A DNA stretch of 64,000 nucleotides. It comes from Carcharhinus longimanus. Its lineage: Eukaryota. The position numbers and the translations under genes were made by a program. The notes beneath the pieces were generated by a model. That model did no database searches, was not told where the DNA came from, and saw nothing but the letters and a program-made list of their open reading frames with translations. This document shows, in pieces, positions 62,158 to 64,000 of the stretch. Where the stretch lies: positions 14,546,844-14,610,843 of the forward strand of contig JASCQW010000133.1 of NCBI GenBank assembly GCA_030264375.1, read 5' to 3'. Position 1 is the stretch's first letter; each line of letters opens with the position of its first letter.

Positions 62158-63270
62158 GGCAGGATTTTCCATTTCTGAGAATGGTGAGTAGAATGGCAGA
62201 AGGGGGAACAATGGGTAGGGAGCTGAAAAATTGGTTTCCCGCTGACATGACATGATGGTGGGAACATCAGCATCCTTCCAACCGGATTTATCCTCCCCAC
62301 CTCCAATCTGTCCTACAATCCGCATCACCAGTAGGAAATCATGTCAGCTTGGAATACGACTGGGCCAATGTGATGTGGACATGTCGGAACTGACCTGGAA
62401 GGAGGCCTGAGTCAGCATGTGGAAATTTGAAAGGGATTAGGTTGAAGGTTCCACAAACCATGGCTGCTCAAAACTACCCAGAGCCTCGTGGTGGAGATCT
62501 CAAGATGTTTCATGGATTCCATAACATTAACAATCATGCAGCCACACGTGAAATCAAAACTTCTTAATCTTGTGTTCCCTACCGCTTCTTCTAGCACAGA
62601 TGGAGGCAGCCTGCTGACCAGTGAGTGGTGATGTCTGTCGTGTGGGTAGTGTTTGAGTTCCCTGTGAAGTGTCACCCTGGAAATGACTGAAAGGCTTGTG
62701 AGAGTGTGAGGCGCGAGTGCGAGGCACGAGTGTGAGGTGACAGTGTGAGGTGAGAGTGAGGAGAATGTTGAAGCTTTCCATCTGGATGAGATCATTCATC
62801 CATTTGTGGCACTGGGTCCCTGCTCTCCTCCGGGCAGAGTTGGCACTAACTGCCACAAATCTCTTCTCCACAGAACAGGTTGGTGAACTTGGTGGATCTC
62901 CTCCAGCCACAAGAAGGTCTTGACGATCCCCAACAGCACCCAGAAAATGACCCAATGGTGCATCACTAAACCTGGGGCTTCTTTGCTTTGAGGGGCATCT
63001 TTTGCCTAGAGCAGTCCTTGGCTGCAGACTTTGAGAAAGCTGTGTGTGCGTGTTTTTATATACGGTGCCTGGAGTGCGGTTCCACTGAGGTCAGGGCAAG
63101 ACGGGCGAATGAGAAGCCAGCCATCGTTGGTTAGGTAAGTTTCCACTGGTGCATATTTAATGAGGTGAGATACAAACAATCAGGTGTGAAAAACCTCCAT
63201 TGCGGCCAAGGGGAGAATGCACTTCTCCTGCTCACCTGCATTTTGTCTGCAGAGTGAAAAATGCTCCATG
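62158..63270 (-). mobile_element. Harbinger derivative with a Myb/SANT-like (MSANTD-type) ORF remnant
   Basis: Terminus TAA|GGCAGGATTTTCC. Minus-strand FLGAVGDRQDLL...VAVSANSARRRAGTQCHKWMNDL is a trihelix signature. Confidence 0.7.
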
Positions 63271-63659
63271 CCTTAATGGTGATTGAAATTAAAGCTGTAT
63301 AATATGTCATTTATACACTTCTTTCATAGGGTGAACTGCAGCACAATGTCTCCTTCCTGTAAATCATTTAAATCCAAATCAAAGTTTATGTATTAGTCAC
63401 AAGTAAGGCTTACATTAACACTGCAATGAAGTTACTGCAAAATTCCCCTAATTGCCACCTGTTTGGGTCAATGCATGTAATCAGCACATCTCTCAGAATG
63501 TGGGTGGAAACCGGACCACCTGGAGGAAACCCATGCAGACACAGGGAGAATGTGCAAACTCCGTACAGACGGTGACCCAAGCTGTGAATCGAACCTGGAT
63601 CTCTGGCACTGTGAAGCTGCAGTGCTAACCACTGTGCTGCTCTACAGTAAATGGTAAGA

Positions 63660-64000
63660 ATCTGCTCTAATCAGGAATGTCATCATTACATTCACGTTGT
63701 TGTGACGCCATCAATGACAAACAATGAATCCTAACAATCCTGGCTTGAGACAATTCACACCTCTTTAACCTGTGATTATCCCGCTCTCTACTCTCACTGT
63801 CTGTACCTGGAAAGACTTGATTACTTGAAAAGACTTGCATTCCAACATTATCTTGCAATTGTGTCTTTGTCTATATATGCTGTGTTTGTGAAACTTACCA
63901 CTCGCCTGATGAAGAAGCAGCACTCTGAAAGCTAGTGATTCCAAACAAACCTGTTGGACTTTAACCTGGTGTTGTGAGACTTCTTACTGTGCCCACCCCA
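63660..64000 (+). mobile_element. Penelope-like element 3' end / pseudo-LTR with hammerhead core, running off the window
   Basis: CTCGCCTGATGAAGAAGCAGCACTCTGAAAGCTAGTGATTCCAAACAAACCTGTTGGACTTTAACCTGGTGTTGTGAGAC. Confidence 0.72.

Overview
Repeat-rich vertebrate genomic DNA, most likely a shark or other cartilaginous fish (HE1-type tRNA SINEs, CR1/HER1 tails, DeuSINE remnants), with about ten N-gaps. It contains one complete protein-coding gene on the + strand: SPRING1/C12orf49 (5 coding exons, 1154-21875, 205 aa, all GT-AG). The rest is mostly decayed mobile DNA: SINEs, CR1, L2, Rex/Babar, RTE, Tx1, Penelope, hAT, PIF/Harbinger and nested Gypsy/LTR elements. The most unusual observations are: (1) a ~520-bp mosaic of U2 and U1 snRNA sequence in SPRING1 intron 3, a candidate new snRNA-derived element; (2) a ~43-bp phased promoter array of TGATTGAC + CCAAT composite sites with invariant 19-bp offset; (3) a minisatellite that reiterates the exon-1 splice donor; (4) short Penelope-derived elements carrying minimal hammerhead-ribozyme cores; (5) a pol-less LTR element with an exact 5-bp target-site duplication splitting an older Gypsy RT. 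Repeat-family names come from motif recognition by eye, and repeat boundaries are approximate.
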